Assembly (NCBI GenBank): GCA_963707575.1
Contig: OY970171.1
Span: forward strand, 290,743 to 354,742
Direction of reading: 5' to 3'
Source of the DNA: an uncultured Gaiellaceae bacterium
GTDB lineage: Bacteria; Actinomycetota; Thermoleophilia; Gaiellales; Gaiellaceae
Length of the DNA: 64,000 bases
Under the pieces are notes generated by a model, which was not told the origin of the DNA, ran no database searches, and saw only the letters and a list, made by a program, of their open reading frames with translations. Positions 11,735 to 22,003 of the stretch are shown here, one piece after another. Made by a program: the position numbers and the translations under genes. The stretch's first letter is position 1. The number at the start of each line of letters is the position of its first letter.

Positions 11735-12744
11735 TCCAGGCGGCGCTCGCAGACCTGCTCGAGGGCCGGTCGCTGAGCCGCGCCCAGGCCCACGGCGTGA
11801 TGGACGAGATCATGCGTGGCGAGGCAACCTCGGCGCAGATCGGCGGCTTCCTCGTCGCACTCCGGCTGAAGGGTGAGACGCCCGACGAGATTGCGGGCTG
11901 CGCCGAGGCGATGCGCGAGCACGTCCTCGTCGTACGCCCGAAGCGCGACGATCTCGTCGACACCGCCGGGACGGGTGGCGACGGCGCGAGCACGATCAAC
12001 ATCTCGACGGCAGCGGCGATCGTGGCCGCAGCGGCCGGAGCCGGGGTCGCGAAGCACGGCAACCGCGCGGTCTCGTCCGCCTCCGGCTCGGCCGACGTGC
12101 TCGAGGCGCTCGGCTTCACGCTCGAGCTGCCGCCCGAGCGGATCGCGCGCTCGATCGACGAGCTCGGCTTCGGGTTCATGTTCGCGCCGGCACATCACCC
12201 GGCGATGCGCCATGCCGCGCCCGTCCGGCACGACCTGGCGGCCCGGACCGTGTTCAACGTGCTGGGGCCGCTGACCAACCCCGCGGGCGCACGTGCGCAG
12301 GTGATCGGCGTCTACTCGGCCGCGCTCGTGCGCCCGATCGCAGAGTCGCTCGCGCAGCTCGGCGCGCGCCGCGCCTTCGTCGTCCACGGCGCACACGGGA
12401 TCGACGAGCTCTCGCCGACGGGCGCGAACCTCGTCGGCGAGGTCGTGAACGGCGATGTCTCGGAGCGGGAGGTCGATCCGCTCGACCTCGGGATCGAGCG
12501 CTGCGACCCGGCCGCGCTGCGCGGCGGGTCGCCGGCCGAGAACGCGCAGGCAATCAGGGAGGTCTTCGCGGGCGCCAACGGCGGCCGCCGCGACGCGATC
12601 CTGCTGAACGCCGCTGGCGCGATCGCCGCGGCCGGCCACGCCGCCGACCTGCGGGAGGGGCTCGCCTCGGCGCGCGCCGCGGTCGACTCGGGCGCCGCCG
12701 GCGAGAAGCTCGACGCGCTGGTGAGGTTCTCCCATGCGCTTTAG
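11731..12744 (+). CDS. trpD: anthranilate phosphoribosyltransferase
   Basis: 337 aa. Motifs: DTAGTGGDG, KHGNRAVSS.SGSADVLEALG. GTGA overlap with the trpG stop. Confidence 0.92.
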
Positions 12745-13900
12745 GGACGCGCTCGCCGCCCCGGGCCTCGCTGCGATCGCGGAGATCAAGCGCCGCTCGC
12801 CCTCGCTCGGCCCGATCCGGCCCGACGCCGACCCGTCGCGGATCGCGGCGGGGTACGAGCGCGCCGGCGCGGCAGCCGTCTCCGTGCTCGTCGACGAGCG
12901 CTTCGGCGGGACGTGGGACGATCTGCGTGCGGCACGCGCCGCGGCGACGCTCCCGCTACTGGCGAAGGGGTTCTTCTCCACGGAGGACGATCTGCGCACC
13001 GCGAAGGAGGCGGGCGCCGACGCGGTGCTGCTGTTGCTCCGCGATCTCGACGACGCGACGTGCGCGAGCCTGATGCAGGCGGCCGCGGAGCTCGGGCTGG
13101 AGACGCTCGTCGAGGCCCACGACGCCGGTGAGCTCGTCCGCGCGGCGAAGCTGGCGGCGCCGGTGATCGGGATCAACGCGCGCGATCTCTCCACCTTCAC
13201 GATCGACCGCAGCACCCAGCTCGACCTCGTTTCCCGGAGCAGCGATCTCCCCCACGCGCCCGTCGTCGTCGCCGAGAGCGGCGTGCGCACGCGCGCACAG
13301 GGTGCGGGAGCCGAGCTGGCCGGCGCGGACGCGATCCTCGTCGGCTCCGCCCTGATGCAGGCTCCCGACCCGGCGGAGAAGCTGCGCGAGCTGCTCGCGC
13401 GCCCGCTCGTGAAGGTCTGCGGGTTGACCCGCGAGGAGGACGTGGCGGTCGCGGCCGAGGCCGGAGCCGATCTGGCCGGGTTCATCCTCGCGCGGGAGAG
13501 CCCCCGCCGCGCGGCGGAGGTGCTCCCCGTCCCGGACAGCATGCTCGCCGTCGCCGTCTGGGTGGAGGACCGCCACGAGACGAGCGCGGAGCTCGACCAG
13601 GTCTACGGTCGGACGGGCGATCACCGGAGCCGCGACGCCGTGCTCCTACGCGACGAAGAGGAGGTCGCGCTCGTCGTCGACCTGCCCTGGCAGGACGACG
13701 ATCCGCTGCACCTCACCCGGGCGGCGGCGATCGAAGGGCGCGTGATGCTGGCCGGAGGGCTCTCGGCCGAGAACGTGCAGGGAGCGATCCGCGCCGTGCG
13801 GCCGTGGGCGGTGGACGCGAGCTCGCGACTGGAGGTCGAGCCGGGGATCAAGGACCATGCCAAGGTGCGGGCCTACGTCGAGGCGGCACGGGCATCGTGA
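12734..13900 (+). CDS. trpCF: bifunctional indole-3-glycerol-phosphate synthase / phosphoribosylanthranilate isomerase (TrpC-TrpF fusion)
   Basis: 388 aa. N-terminal half has [16 protein letters not shown] and INARDL (TrpC). C-terminal half has VKVCGLT and [10 protein letters not shown] (TrpF). Confidence 0.85.
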   Translation: MRFRDALAAPGLAAIAEIKRRSPSLGPIRPDADPSRIAAGYERAGAAAVSVLVDERFGGTWDDLRAARAAATLPLLAKGFFSTEDDLRTAKEAGADAVLLLLRDLDDATCASLMQAAAELGLETLVEAHDAGELVRAAKLAAPVIGINARDLSTFTIDRSTQLDLVSRSSDLPHAPVVVAESGVRTRAQGAGAELAGADAILVGSALMQAPDPAEKLRELLARPLVKVCGLTREEDVAVAAEAGADLAGFILARESPRRAAEVLPVPDSMLAVAVWVEDRHETSAELDQVYGRTGDHRSRDAVLLRDEEEVALVVDLPWQDDDPLHLTRAAAIEGRVMLAGGLSAENVQGAIRAVRPWAVDASSRLEVEPGIKDHAKVRAYVEAARAS

Positions 13901-15018
13901 GCACGTCCGACACCTACGGCGGCTACGGCGGCCGCTACGTGCCGGAGACGCTGATCCCCGCTCTCGACGAGCTGAGCAGCGCGTGGGAGGCCGCGCAGGC
14001 CGACGACGGCTTCCGCGCGGAGCTGGACGAGCTCGCCCGCACCTACGCGGGCCGGCCCACCCCGCTCACGCGCGCCGAGCGCTTCGCCCCCTCGAAACGG
14101 CTCTACCTGAAGCGCGAGGACCTGCTCCACACCGGCGCGCACAAGCTGAACAACGCGCTCGGGCAGGCGGTGCTGGCGCGCCGGCTCGGCAAGAGCCGGA
14201 TCGTGGCCGAGACGGGCGCCGGCCAGCACGGCGTCGCGACGGCCACCGTCTGCGCGCGCTTCGGGCTGGAATGCGTGGTCTACATGGGCGCCGAGGACAT
14301 GCGCCGACAGCGCCCGAACGTCGAGCGGATGGGCCTCCTGGGCGCCGAGGTGCGGCCGGTCGAGTTCGGCACGCGCACGCTGAAGGAGGCGACGAGCGAG
14401 GCGATCCGCGACTGGATCACGTACGTCGAGACGACGCACTACCTGATCGGCTCGTGCGTGGGCCCTGCGCCGTACCCCGCGATCGTGCGCGAGCTCCAGG
14501 CGGTGATCGGGCGCGAGGCGCGGGCTCAGCTGCTCGAGGCCGAAGGACGCCTGCCGGAGGCCGTGCTCGCGTGCGTCGGCGGCGGCTCGAACGCGATCGG
14601 CATGTTCTCGGGCTTCGTCGACGACGCCGACGTCGAGCTGGTCGGCGTCGAGGCGGCGGGCGCTGCGAGCCTCGGCACCGGCCGTGCCGGTGTCCTCCAC
14701 GGTTCGCGCTCCTCCGTGCTCGCAGACGAGGACGGGCAGATCGCCGACGCTCACTCGATCTCGGCCGGGCTCGACTATCCCGGCGTCGGCCCTGAGCACG
14801 CCTTCCTGCGCGACTCGGGTCGTGCTCGCTACGTGGGCACGACCGACGAGGAGGCGCTCGCCGCGTTCCGGCGGCTGACGCGCACCGAGGGGATCATTCC
14901 GGCGCTCGAGCCGGCGCACGCGCTGGCGCGCGTGGACGAGCTCGACGCCGAGCTCGTCCTCGTCTGCCTCTCCGGCCGCGGCGACAAGGACCTGGCCGAG
15001 GTGCTGGCCCGCGGGTGA
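13897..15018 (+). CDS. trpB: tryptophan synthase beta chain
   Basis: Start at GTG 13897, overlapping the trpCF stop (GTGA). Motifs: [26 protein letters not shown]. Confidence 0.92.
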   Translation: MSTSDTYGGYGGRYVPETLIPALDELSSAWEAAQADDGFRAELDELARTYAGRPTPLTRAERFAPSKRLYLKREDLLHTGAHKLNNALGQAVLARRLGKSRIVAETGAGQHGVATATVCARFGLECVVYMGAEDMRRQRPNVERMGLLGAEVRPVEFGTRTLKEATSEAIRDWITYVETTHYLIGSCVGPAPYPAIVRELQAVIGREARAQLLEAEGRLPEAVLACVGGGSNAIGMFSGFVDDADVELVGVEAAGAASLGTGRAGVLHGSRSSVLADEDGQIADAHSISAGLDYPGVGPEHAFLRDSGRARYVGTTDEEALAAFRRLTRTEGIIPALEPAHALARVDELDAELVLVCLSGRGDKDLAEVLARG

Positions 15019-15719
15019 CCAAGACTCTCGTCGTCTACTTGATGTCCGGGCGGGAAACGCCCGCGCTCGCGGAGGCGGCGGTCGAGGGCGGCGCCGATCT
15101 CGTCGAGCTCGGCTTCCCGTTCTCCGACCCGCTCGCGGACGGCCCGACGATCCGGCGCGCCGCGGAGCGGGCGCTCGCGGCCGGGATGCGGACCGCAGCC
15201 TGCCTCGACTGCCTCGCGCAGGTGCGGGCGCGCGTCGACGTGCCCCTCGTGCCGATGACCTACTCGTCGCTCCTCGAGGCGTACGGCTGGGAACGCTTCG
15301 CGCTCGACGCGCACGCGGCAGGCGCCGGCTCGCTGATCGTGGCCGACCTCCCCGTGGACGAACGGCCGGAGCTCCGGCGTGTGCAGCTGGTCGCCCCGAC
15401 CTCAACCGACGAGCGAATCGGGCTCGCGGCGGCGAGCACCGATGGGTGGCTCTACCTGGTCGCCCTCACCGGCACGACCGGTGCGCGCGCGGAGGCCTCG
15501 TCGACGCTCGCGGGCCTGGCGAAACGCGCGCGGCGAGTCGCAGCGGACACGCCGCTGTACGCCGGCTTCGGCATCTCCACGCCCGAGCAGGCACGGGTGG
15601 CGGCCGACGTCACGGATGGAGTCGTTGTCGGCTCCCGTGCCGTCGAGGTCGCCGAGGAGGGACCTGCGGCACTGCGCGCCTACGTGCGCTCGCTGCGCGT
15701 CGCGCTCGACGAGCCCTAA
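15015..15719 (+). CDS. trpA: tryptophan synthase alpha chain
   Basis: 234 aa. Motifs: [29 protein letters not shown] overlap with the trpB stop. Confidence 0.9.
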   Translation: MTKTLVVYLMSGRETPALAEAAVEGGADLVELGFPFSDPLADGPTIRRAAERALAAGMRTAACLDCLAQVRARVDVPLVPMTYSSLLEAYGWERFALDAHAAGAGSLIVADLPVDERPELRRVQLVAPTSTDERIGLAAASTDGWLYLVALTGTTGARAEASSTLAGLAKRARRVAADTPLYAGFGISTPEQARVAADVTDGVVVGSRAVEVAEEGPAALRAYVRSLRVALDEP

Positions 15720-15855
15720 CCCGAATCGGCGATCAGAATCGCGCGGTTCGGGGAGCAGAAACGCGCTCTTCGGGGGATACAGGCCCCGCTGTTCGTCGGC
15801 AACTCTGGTGGGTGCACGTGGACGGGAGTCCACGGCACCGAAACCGGAGGGGAAA

Positions 15856-17472
15856 GTGACTGGGGATTCAGCCGTGCCGCGCCCGTCGCGACGCATCAAG
15901 ATCGTCCTGAGCGTGCTCATCGCGCTCGCCGCCTGGCTCCTGGCGTACGCGCCGGAGCAGGCCGCCGCGGCCGCGTTCGTGCCGCCGTCTCTGCTCGAGC
16001 AGGCCGCCGCCAATCCAGACGAGAGCTTCCACGTGATCGTCGTCGGCACGCCCAAGGGCAAGCTGGCGGCGTCGCTCCGCAAGGAGATCGGCGCGGGTCT
16101 CGGTCGCATCACGCGTGAGTACGCGATCCTGCGCGGCGTCGCAACGGAGCTGAACGGCGCGCAGGTCGTGAAGCTCGCCAAGCGGGACGGGATCGCGTCG
16201 ATCACGCCCGACGGCGCGGTGAAGCCGGCGAGCGTCAACACGGTCTGGCCGCAGGCAGTGAACCTCGCCGGCCTGTCGGCGGCGGCATCCGATGCACCGA
16301 CGATCGCGATCGTCGACTCCGGGATCGACGCCGGCCGCTCCGACTTCGCCGGACGCATCGCCGCGAGCGTCAACCTCAACTCGCGCGAGCCGGGAGCAAC
16401 CGGCGACGACAACGGCCACGGCACGCTCGTCGCGGGCCTCGCGGCAGGAGCCTCGACGACCTACGGCGGCGTCGCGCCGAGCGCGAATCTCGTCTCCCTC
16501 GACGTCGTGGACGCCGACGGGCTGGCGCTGACGAGCGATGTGATCGCCGCAGCCGACTGGATCTTCGAGCACCGCGAGCAGTACGGAATCCGGGTGGCGA
16601 ACTTCTCGCTGCACTCCGCCTACGCGAACTACGGCATGCGGGATCCCCTCTCGACGGCCGTTCGCCGCCTCTGGCTGACGGGAACCGTCGTCGTCGCAGC
16701 GGCCGGCAACGCGGGCCCCCAGCGGATGCTCTACTCGCCCGGAAGCGACCCGTTCGTGATCACGGTAGGCGCGCTCGACGTGAACGGCACGGCCGGCACC
16801 GCCGACGACTTCAATGCCCCGTGGTCGTCCTACGGCGCAACCGCCGAGGGCTTCTCCAAGCCGGAGGTGGCCGCGCCCGGACGCTATCTCGCCGCGCCGG
16901 TGCCAGGCGGCTCGACGCTCGCCACAGCACTCCCGGACCGGGTCGTCGCACCCGGCTACATGTGGATGTCGGGCACGTCCTTCGCCGCACCGATCGTCTC
17001 CGGTGTCGCGGCGCAGCTGCTGGCCCGGCATCCCGGCTGGACGCCCGATCAGGTCAAGGGCGCGTTGATGCTGACCGCCCGAGCCGTGCCGAATGCCGCT
17101 CCCCTCTCGGCCGGCGTCGGCGAGATCGACGCCGGAGCCGCGGCGGCGCTGATCAGTCCGCCGAACCCGAACGAGAACCTCTACGCCTTCGTGGCGCCGG
17201 ACGAGAACGGCACGCCGAGGCTGGATGCCGACGCGTGGAACGCGCACGTCGCCCAGGACGCGAGCTGGACGAGCGCGTCGTGGACGTCGGCCAGCTGGAC
17301 CTCCGCCAGCTGGACCAGCGCCTCCTGGACGTCGGCCTCCTGGACGAGCGCGTCGTGGACGAGCGCTGCGCAGCTCGATGCGTCCTGGACCTCCGCCAGC
17401 TGGACGTCGGCGAGCTGGACGAGCGCCTCGTGGACGTCCGCTTCGTGGACGTCCGCCAGCTGGACGAGCTGA
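15856..17472 (+). CDS. secreted subtilisin-like serine protease (S8) with C-terminal (SWTSA)n repeat tail
   Basis: GTG 15856 preceded by GGAGGGG. TM/signal segment IKIVLSVLIALAAWLLAYA. I9-like propeptide. Catalytic triad motifs IVDSGID, GHGTLVAG, SGTSFAAPIVSG. 13 SWTSA pentapeptides at the C-terminus. Confidence 0.85.
   Translation: MTGDSAVPRPSRRIKIVLSVLIALAAWLLAYAPEQAAAAAFVPPSLLEQAAANPDESFHVIVVGTPKGKLAASLRKEIGAGLGRITREYAILRGVATELNGAQVVKLAKRDGIASITPDGAVKPASVNTVWPQAVNLAGLSAAASDAPTIAIVDSGIDAGRSDFAGRIAASVNLNSREPGATGDDNGHGTLVAGLAAGASTTYGGVAPSANLVSLDVVDADGLALTSDVIAAADWIFEHREQYGIRVANFSLHSAYANYGMRDPLSTAVRRLWLTGTVVVAAAGNAGPQRMLYSPGSDPFVITVGALDVNGTAGTADDFNAPWSSYGATAEGFSKPEVAAPGRYLAAPVPGGSTLATALPDRVVAPGYMWMSGTSFAAPIVSGVAAQLLARHPGWTPDQVKGALMLTARAVPNAAPLSAGVGEIDAGAAAALISPPNPNENLYAFVAPDENGTPRLDADAWNAHVAQDASWTSASWTSASWTSASWTSASWTSASWTSASWTSAAQLDASWTSASWTSASWTSASWTSASWTSASWTS
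17263..17469 (+). repeat. in-frame 15-nt periodic repeat encoding 7 + 6 copies of SWTSA (interrupted by AQLDA)
   Basis: The protein repeat is perfect. The DNA units differ at synonymous positions (agc/tcg/tcc for Ser, gcg/gcc/gct for Ala, etc.). Confidence 0.9.
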
Positions 17473-17481
17473 CCGATGGCG

Positions 17482-17512
17482 CGGGAGGGGCGGCGCACCG
17501 CCGCCCCTCCCG
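17482..17512 (+). terminator. GC-rich hairpin downstream of the S8 protease gene
   Basis: Perfect 14-bp stem CGGGAGGGGCGGCG / CGCCGCCCCTCCCG with a 3-nt loop, 10 nt after the stop codon. No T-tract. Confidence 0.6.
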
Positions 17513-17610
17513 GCCACGGACGAGGTAAATCCGGCGGCGCGGCTGCCGATGACGCGGACGAAGGCGCATCCCACTCCTTCGTCGAATACCGTGCCCAGGT
17601 GCAGCAACCC

Positions 17611-19824
17611 ATGAGCGTCCCTGCCGTTGCGGAGGGGGCAGGCTGGCAGTCCAAGCGGGTTCGCCGGCTGGAGCCGGCCGCCTGGGCGTACAGCTGGCTC
17701 GTCTTCCTCGTCGCCGCCGTCGCGGCGGTCCTTGCGGTCGCCACCGCCGCGGTCCCGACCAGCAGCGAATGGGTCGAGTTCGCGCTGCTCGCCCCGCTCG
17801 CCGCCCTCGCGCCCCTGCTCTCGGTCAGCATCGGCCGCAACCACAGCTTCCACACCGGCGCGGCCTTCATCGTCGCCGGCGCGATCGTCCTGCCCGCTCC
17901 GCTCGTCGTCGTGCTCGCGATCGTCCTGCACCTGCCCGAGTGGGTGAAGGAGCGCTACCCCTGGTACATGCAGGGCTTCAACATCGCGAACTACACGATC
18001 AGCGGACTGGCCGCCTGGTCGGTCGCCACGACGATCGGGAGCGGCAGCGATCTCAGGACGGCCCTCGGCGGAACCGCCGCGGCGGCAACCTTCGTGCTCG
18101 TGAACCATGGCCTGCTGGCGGGGATGCTGAAGCTCGCGCGGGGCCACTCGGTCCGCGGAGGCGGGCTCTTCTCCTCGATCAGCTTCGGCACCGACCTCGT
18201 GCTTGCGACCCTCGGCCTGACGGTAGCCGCCTTCGTCGTCGCGAACCCCTGGCTGCTACCCGCGCTGCTTGCGCCGCTGCTGCTCGCCCACCGCTCGCTC
18301 TCCGTCGTCGCGCTGCTGCGCGGCAGCGAGGAGCGGTTCCGGACGATGTTCGAGTCCGCCGCGACTGCAACCCTGCTCATCGGCGCCAACGGGCGGATCC
18401 TGACTGCCAACCGCGCCGCCGAAGAGCTCTTCAAGCTCGATCTCGCAACGCTCACCCGTATCGACACCGACGCATTGCTCCATCCCGACGAGGCGCCGGC
18501 GGACGATCTCGACAAGCTGCTGCGCGGCGAGCAAGAGCGGTACCGGGCCGAGCGGCGCCTCGTCGACGCCGACGGCGCCGTCATCTTCGCGCGCCTGGCG
18601 GTGTCGCTCGTCCGCGACGCCAACACGCAACCGCAGTACGCAATCGCGATGATCGAGGACGTCACCGAGCAGCACGAGCTCGCCGAGCGGCTGCGCCAGG
18701 CCCAGAAGCTGGAGGCGATCGGCCGCCTCGCCGGCGGCGTCGCGCACGACTTCAACAACATGCTGACGGCGATCGGCGGCTACAACACGTTCGCGCTCGA
18801 GCGCACCGAGCCGGGCACCCCGCTGCACGAGGACCTGCACGAGATCCGCAAGGCGACCGAACGCGCGACGCTGCTGACGCGCCAGCTGCTCGCGTTCAGC
18901 CGCAAGCAGATCCTGCAGCCGGAGCTGCTGAACCTGAACGCCGTCATTCTCGAGCTCGAGTCCATGCTGCGCCCGCTGATCGGAGAGGACGTCGTGTTGA
19001 CGACGAAGCTCGACCCCGCGCTCGGGCCGATCGAGGCGGATCCGGGCCAGCTGCAACAGGTGCTGATGAACCTCGTCGTGAACGCCCGCGACGCGATGCC
19101 CGGCGGCGGCACGATCGTGATCGAGACCGCGAACGCCGAGGTCGGAGACGACAGCGCCACGATCGAGGCCGGCCGCTACGTGACCCTGACGGTGCGGGAC
19201 ACCGGTCACGGCATCGACGCCCAGACCCTGGAGCAGATCTTCGAGCCCTTCTTCACCACGAAGGAGACCGGCAAGGGCACGGGCCTCGGGCTTGCCACGG
19301 TGTACGGGATCGTCAAGCAGAGCGGAGGCTATGTCGCCGTCGAGAGCGAGCCGGACGAAGGCACGGCCTTCACGGTGTACCTGCGCCGCGACGCCGAGGC
19401 GCGGGTGCCGCGGATCGAGCCGGTGCCGGATGACGCGGTGCCGCAGCCGGCGACGCACCCGGCCGCGGAGACCGTGCTCCTCGTCGAGGACGAGGAGGTC
19501 GTGCGCCGCCTCGTCCGGCAGGTGCTCGAGAACGACGGCTATCACGTGCTCGAGGCGCACGACGGCGAGGTCGCGCTCGAGCTCGCCCGTTCCACACCCG
19601 TGGATCTGCTCCTCACGGACCTCGTGATGCCGAAGGTCGGCGGCCGCGAGGTCGCCGACGGGCTGCGCCGCACGAATCCCGACCTGAAGGTGATCTACAT
19701 GTCGGGGTACGCGGACGGCGCCATCCTCGAGAACGGCGTCCTCCAGGCGGGGACCGAGCTGCTCGAGAAGCCGTTCGCCTTCTCCGCGCTGACGGAGAAG
19801 GTGCGCTCCGTCCTCGACGGCTAG
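17611..19824 (+). CDS. hybrid sensor histidine kinase (polytopic membrane domain - PAS - HisKA - HATPase - REC)
   Basis: About 8 predicted TM helices, then a PAS region. H-box GGVAHDFNNMLTAI, then N/G boxes (NLVVNARDAMP, GTGLGLATV). C-terminal receiver (VLLVEDEE...LLLTDLVMP). Start placed at ATG 17611 because the track start 17476 lies inside the upstream terminator hairpin. Confidence 0.8.
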   Translation: MSVPAVAEGAGWQSKRVRRLEPAAWAYSWLVFLVAAVAAVLAVATAAVPTSSEWVEFALLAPLAALAPLLSVSIGRNHSFHTGAAFIVAGAIVLPAPLVVVLAIVLHLPEWVKERYPWYMQGFNIANYTISGLAAWSVATTIGSGSDLRTALGGTAAAATFVLVNHGLLAGMLKLARGHSVRGGGLFSSISFGTDLVLATLGLTVAAFVVANPWLLPALLAPLLLAHRSLSVVALLRGSEERFRTMFESAATATLLIGANGRILTANRAAEELFKLDLATLTRIDTDALLHPDEAPADDLDKLLRGEQERYRAERRLVDADGAVIFARLAVSLVRDANTQPQYAIAMIEDVTEQHELAERLRQAQKLEAIGRLAGGVAHDFNNMLTAIGGYNTFALERTEPGTPLHEDLHEIRKATERATLLTRQLLAFSRKQILQPELLNLNAVILELESMLRPLIGEDVVLTTKLDPALGPIEADPGQLQQVLMNLVVNARDAMPGGGTIVIETANAEVGDDSATIEAGRYVTLTVRDTGHGIDAQTLEQIFEPFFTTKETGKGTGLGLATVYGIVKQSGGYVAVESEPDEGTAFTVYLRRDAEARVPRIEPVPDDAVPQPATHPAAETVLLVEDEEVVRRLVRQVLENDGYHVLEAHDGEVALELARSTPVDLLLTDLVMPKVGGREVADGLRRTNPDLKVIYMSGYADGAILENGVLQAGTELLEKPFAFSALTEKVRSVLDG

Positions 19825-19987
19825 GAGGGTTTGGCGAAATACAGTCTGTGCCGCCGGGCTGCGCTGCTCGCCCCGATGCGGCGTCCTCAGTCGCGCCGAT
19901 AGCTTCGGCTATCGGCGCTCCCGGCGTCCTTGCCTCGAAACGACCAGCGCACCCCGACGACGAGCGGCATTCCGCCAAACCCTCCTA
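19822..19987. repeat. 166-bp near-palindromic element (MITE/REP-like or long bidirectional terminator) between convergent genes
   Basis: Terminal inverted repeats CTAGGAGGGTTTGGCG / CGCCAAACCCTCCTAG are 16/16, or 19/20 when extended. Central 11-bp hairpin GCGCCGATAGC-TTCG-GCTATCGGCGC at 19893..19918. The arms are partly complementary throughout. Both flanking stop codons lie in the terminal CTAG. Confidence 0.7.
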
Positions 19988-21931
19988 GCCCGCCGTGAGC
20001 GCGATCTCGGCCGGCAGCTCGTCGGGCTGGTCTTCCGGCTCGAGCTCGACCCGCGTGCGCGCGTCGAAGTAGACGTACGACGTCGTCAGCGCGACGAAGG
20101 GCATCGAGAGTGCGTAGACGACTCCGGCGACGACGTTCACGAGCCCAAGCGGTGCGTCCGACGCGAAGATCAGGAGGGCGCCGATGAGCGGCCCGGTGAC
20201 GAGCGCGATCAGGCTGCCGGCGACGACGAGCGACGCGACCCGCCACCAGCGGCCGCGCACGAGCTCGCTGCTGCGCTTGAGAGCCGCCCACGACGAGCGC
20301 TGCTCCAGCTCGACCACCTGGGCGAGCAGGGACCAGCGCACGGCGAACCAGAGCGCAACCGGGATGAGCACCGCCGTGAGGGTCAGCGCCACCCAGACCA
20401 CGACGGCGATCGCGATCGCTCCGAGCAGGGGGCGAATCCGGGTCATGGCCTGGGCATAGGCCTCGACCGGGCCGATCGAGCCGCCCTCGTCGATGCGAGC
20501 GAGAGCGCAGGTGGTCGCCGCCTGGACGAGCGAGATCCCGAGCAGCGTCAACGTCGCGCCGATCGCGAACGTGAGCAGCACGAGCGCGCCGGCTGCCTCG
20601 CCCGAGACGTCGCCACCCGTCAGGTCGAGCCCGCCGAGGATCAGAGCCTGGACGAGCGCGATCACCAGTGAGAGCGGGATCAGGACCGCGCCGATGCCGA
20701 GGAAGAGCCGGGCGTGCCCGACGTACATGAGCCCGGCGGCCGAGAGCACCTGCCCCCAGCTCCGTCTCCGCGCAAGGCGCAGCGGCGTTGCCGGGCGCCA
20801 GGTCGTCCTCGTCACGGCGAGCGCGACGAGCGCGAGCAGGGCGGTGAGAGCGAGCAACACCGGGAGCGGGCTCCGCAGGAGCTTTGTCAGCGCTCTCGAC
20901 CCTCCTCCGACCGCGGAGCAGAACAGGTCGGTCGCTCCGGTTCCGAACAAGCCCCCGGTCGGCACGGCATAGGCCTGCGCGCGCCAGTTCTCCGAGATGG
21001 TGATCGGTTCCGTCCACGACCGCTTCAAGTTCGGCCCCGTCGGACCGTTGAAGAACGCCTCCTGCAGCTCGCCCCAGCGCCCTTCGAATGCGATCCAGGG
21101 CAGTGACCGCCGCGCCTCGGACGCGTCGCTCGGGATCGTCACGACGACCGGGTCGAGCTCGACGTGCGGCCCGCGTGTGTCGTCGCAGCCGACGCCCTGC
21201 TCGGCCGAGCTGCCGAGGAAGAGCGCCTCGTCGAAGAAGTTCGCGTGCGAGCCGGCGGCGGGGTAGACGACCGGGCGGCGACCGTCGACCAGCTCGAGCT
21301 TGTCCGCGTCCCAGTCGGCGCGTTCCGACCCCTCGTGCTGGCTGTAGCCGACTGCCACCGGCTCCTCGCCGAGCGCCTCACGCGCGTCGCCGGCGTCGAA
21401 GAGGAGCTGGATGTTCTCCCAGTCACCCTCGTGCAGGTTGTTCCAGTCGTTGAACGAGTAGAAGAGCCAGTACTGGAGCGCCAGCTGCCCCGGGAAGCGC
21501 TCCTCGGTCGCGACGTGGGCGTAGACGGCGGGCGGGTGCCCCTCCGTCAGCCGCCGCGTCCACCGCTCGTAGTCGCACCCCGGGTTGAGCGCGTGGCCGG
21601 GGAAGTCGAGGTGATACTCGTACAGCCCTACGAGCGCCTCCGCATCCGGCCCGACCTCGATCAGGTCGGCGGCGTTCCACGGGCCGCGGAGCGCCACCGT
21701 CGGCTCGTCGAAGAGCAGCTCGACGTCCATCGGCTCGTACGGCTCCCCCGGCCCGCACTCCTCGAGCTGCTCCACGATCCGCACGACCGGGGCATGCCGC
21801 TCCGCGAGCGCGATCTCGTCGTCGAGGTCGGCCGCCGCGACCGGCGCGGCGACGAGGGCCGCCAGCGCGAGCGCGGCGACGACTGCGGATCGCAGCGCCC
21901 GGCGCCAGACGGGTCCTCGAGCGTCGCTCAC
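19985..21931 (-). CDS. membrane protein: secreted Vps62/DUF946-like N-terminal domain fused to a polytopic C-terminal membrane domain
   Basis: 648 aa. Signal peptide AVVAALALAALVAAPVAAA. WLFYSFNDWNNLHEGDWENIQLLF and YPAAGSHANF motifs resemble Vps62 (PF06101)-type domains. The C-terminal half has about 6 TM helices. Confidence 0.65.
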   Translation of the reverse strand: MSDARGPVWRRALRSAVVAALALAALVAAPVAAADLDDEIALAERHAPVVRIVEQLEECGPGEPYEPMDVELLFDEPTVALRGPWNAADLIEVGPDAEALVGLYEYHLDFPGHALNPGCDYERWTRRLTEGHPPAVYAHVATEERFPGQLALQYWLFYSFNDWNNLHEGDWENIQLLFDAGDAREALGEEPVAVGYSQHEGSERADWDADKLELVDGRRPVVYPAAGSHANFFDEALFLGSSAEQGVGCDDTRGPHVELDPVVVTIPSDASEARRSLPWIAFEGRWGELQEAFFNGPTGPNLKRSWTEPITISENWRAQAYAVPTGGLFGTGATDLFCSAVGGGSRALTKLLRSPLPVLLALTALLALVALAVTRTTWRPATPLRLARRRSWGQVLSAAGLMYVGHARLFLGIGAVLIPLSLVIALVQALILGGLDLTGGDVSGEAAGALVLLTFAIGATLTLLGISLVQAATTCALARIDEGGSIGPVEAYAQAMTRIRPLLGAIAIAVVVWVALTLTAVLIPVALWFAVRWSLLAQVVELEQRSSWAALKRSSELVRGRWWRVASLVVAGSLIALVTGPLIGALLIFASDAPLGLVNVVAGVVYALSMPFVALTTSYVYFDARTRVELEPEDQPDELPAEIALTAG

Positions 21932-22003
21932 AAGCAGTCACGTCCCCTACCTCGGTTGCCTCGCCAGGCTACCGCCCGTGCCGGGCCGCGTCGAGCGCTC
22001 CGG

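Noticed and set aside
17476-17610. Upstream start (17476) for the hybrid histidine kinase.
   Set aside because: It lies within the 14-bp-stem terminator hairpin of the preceding gene and adds 45 non-conserved charged residues. ATG 17611 is preferred, but this is not proven.
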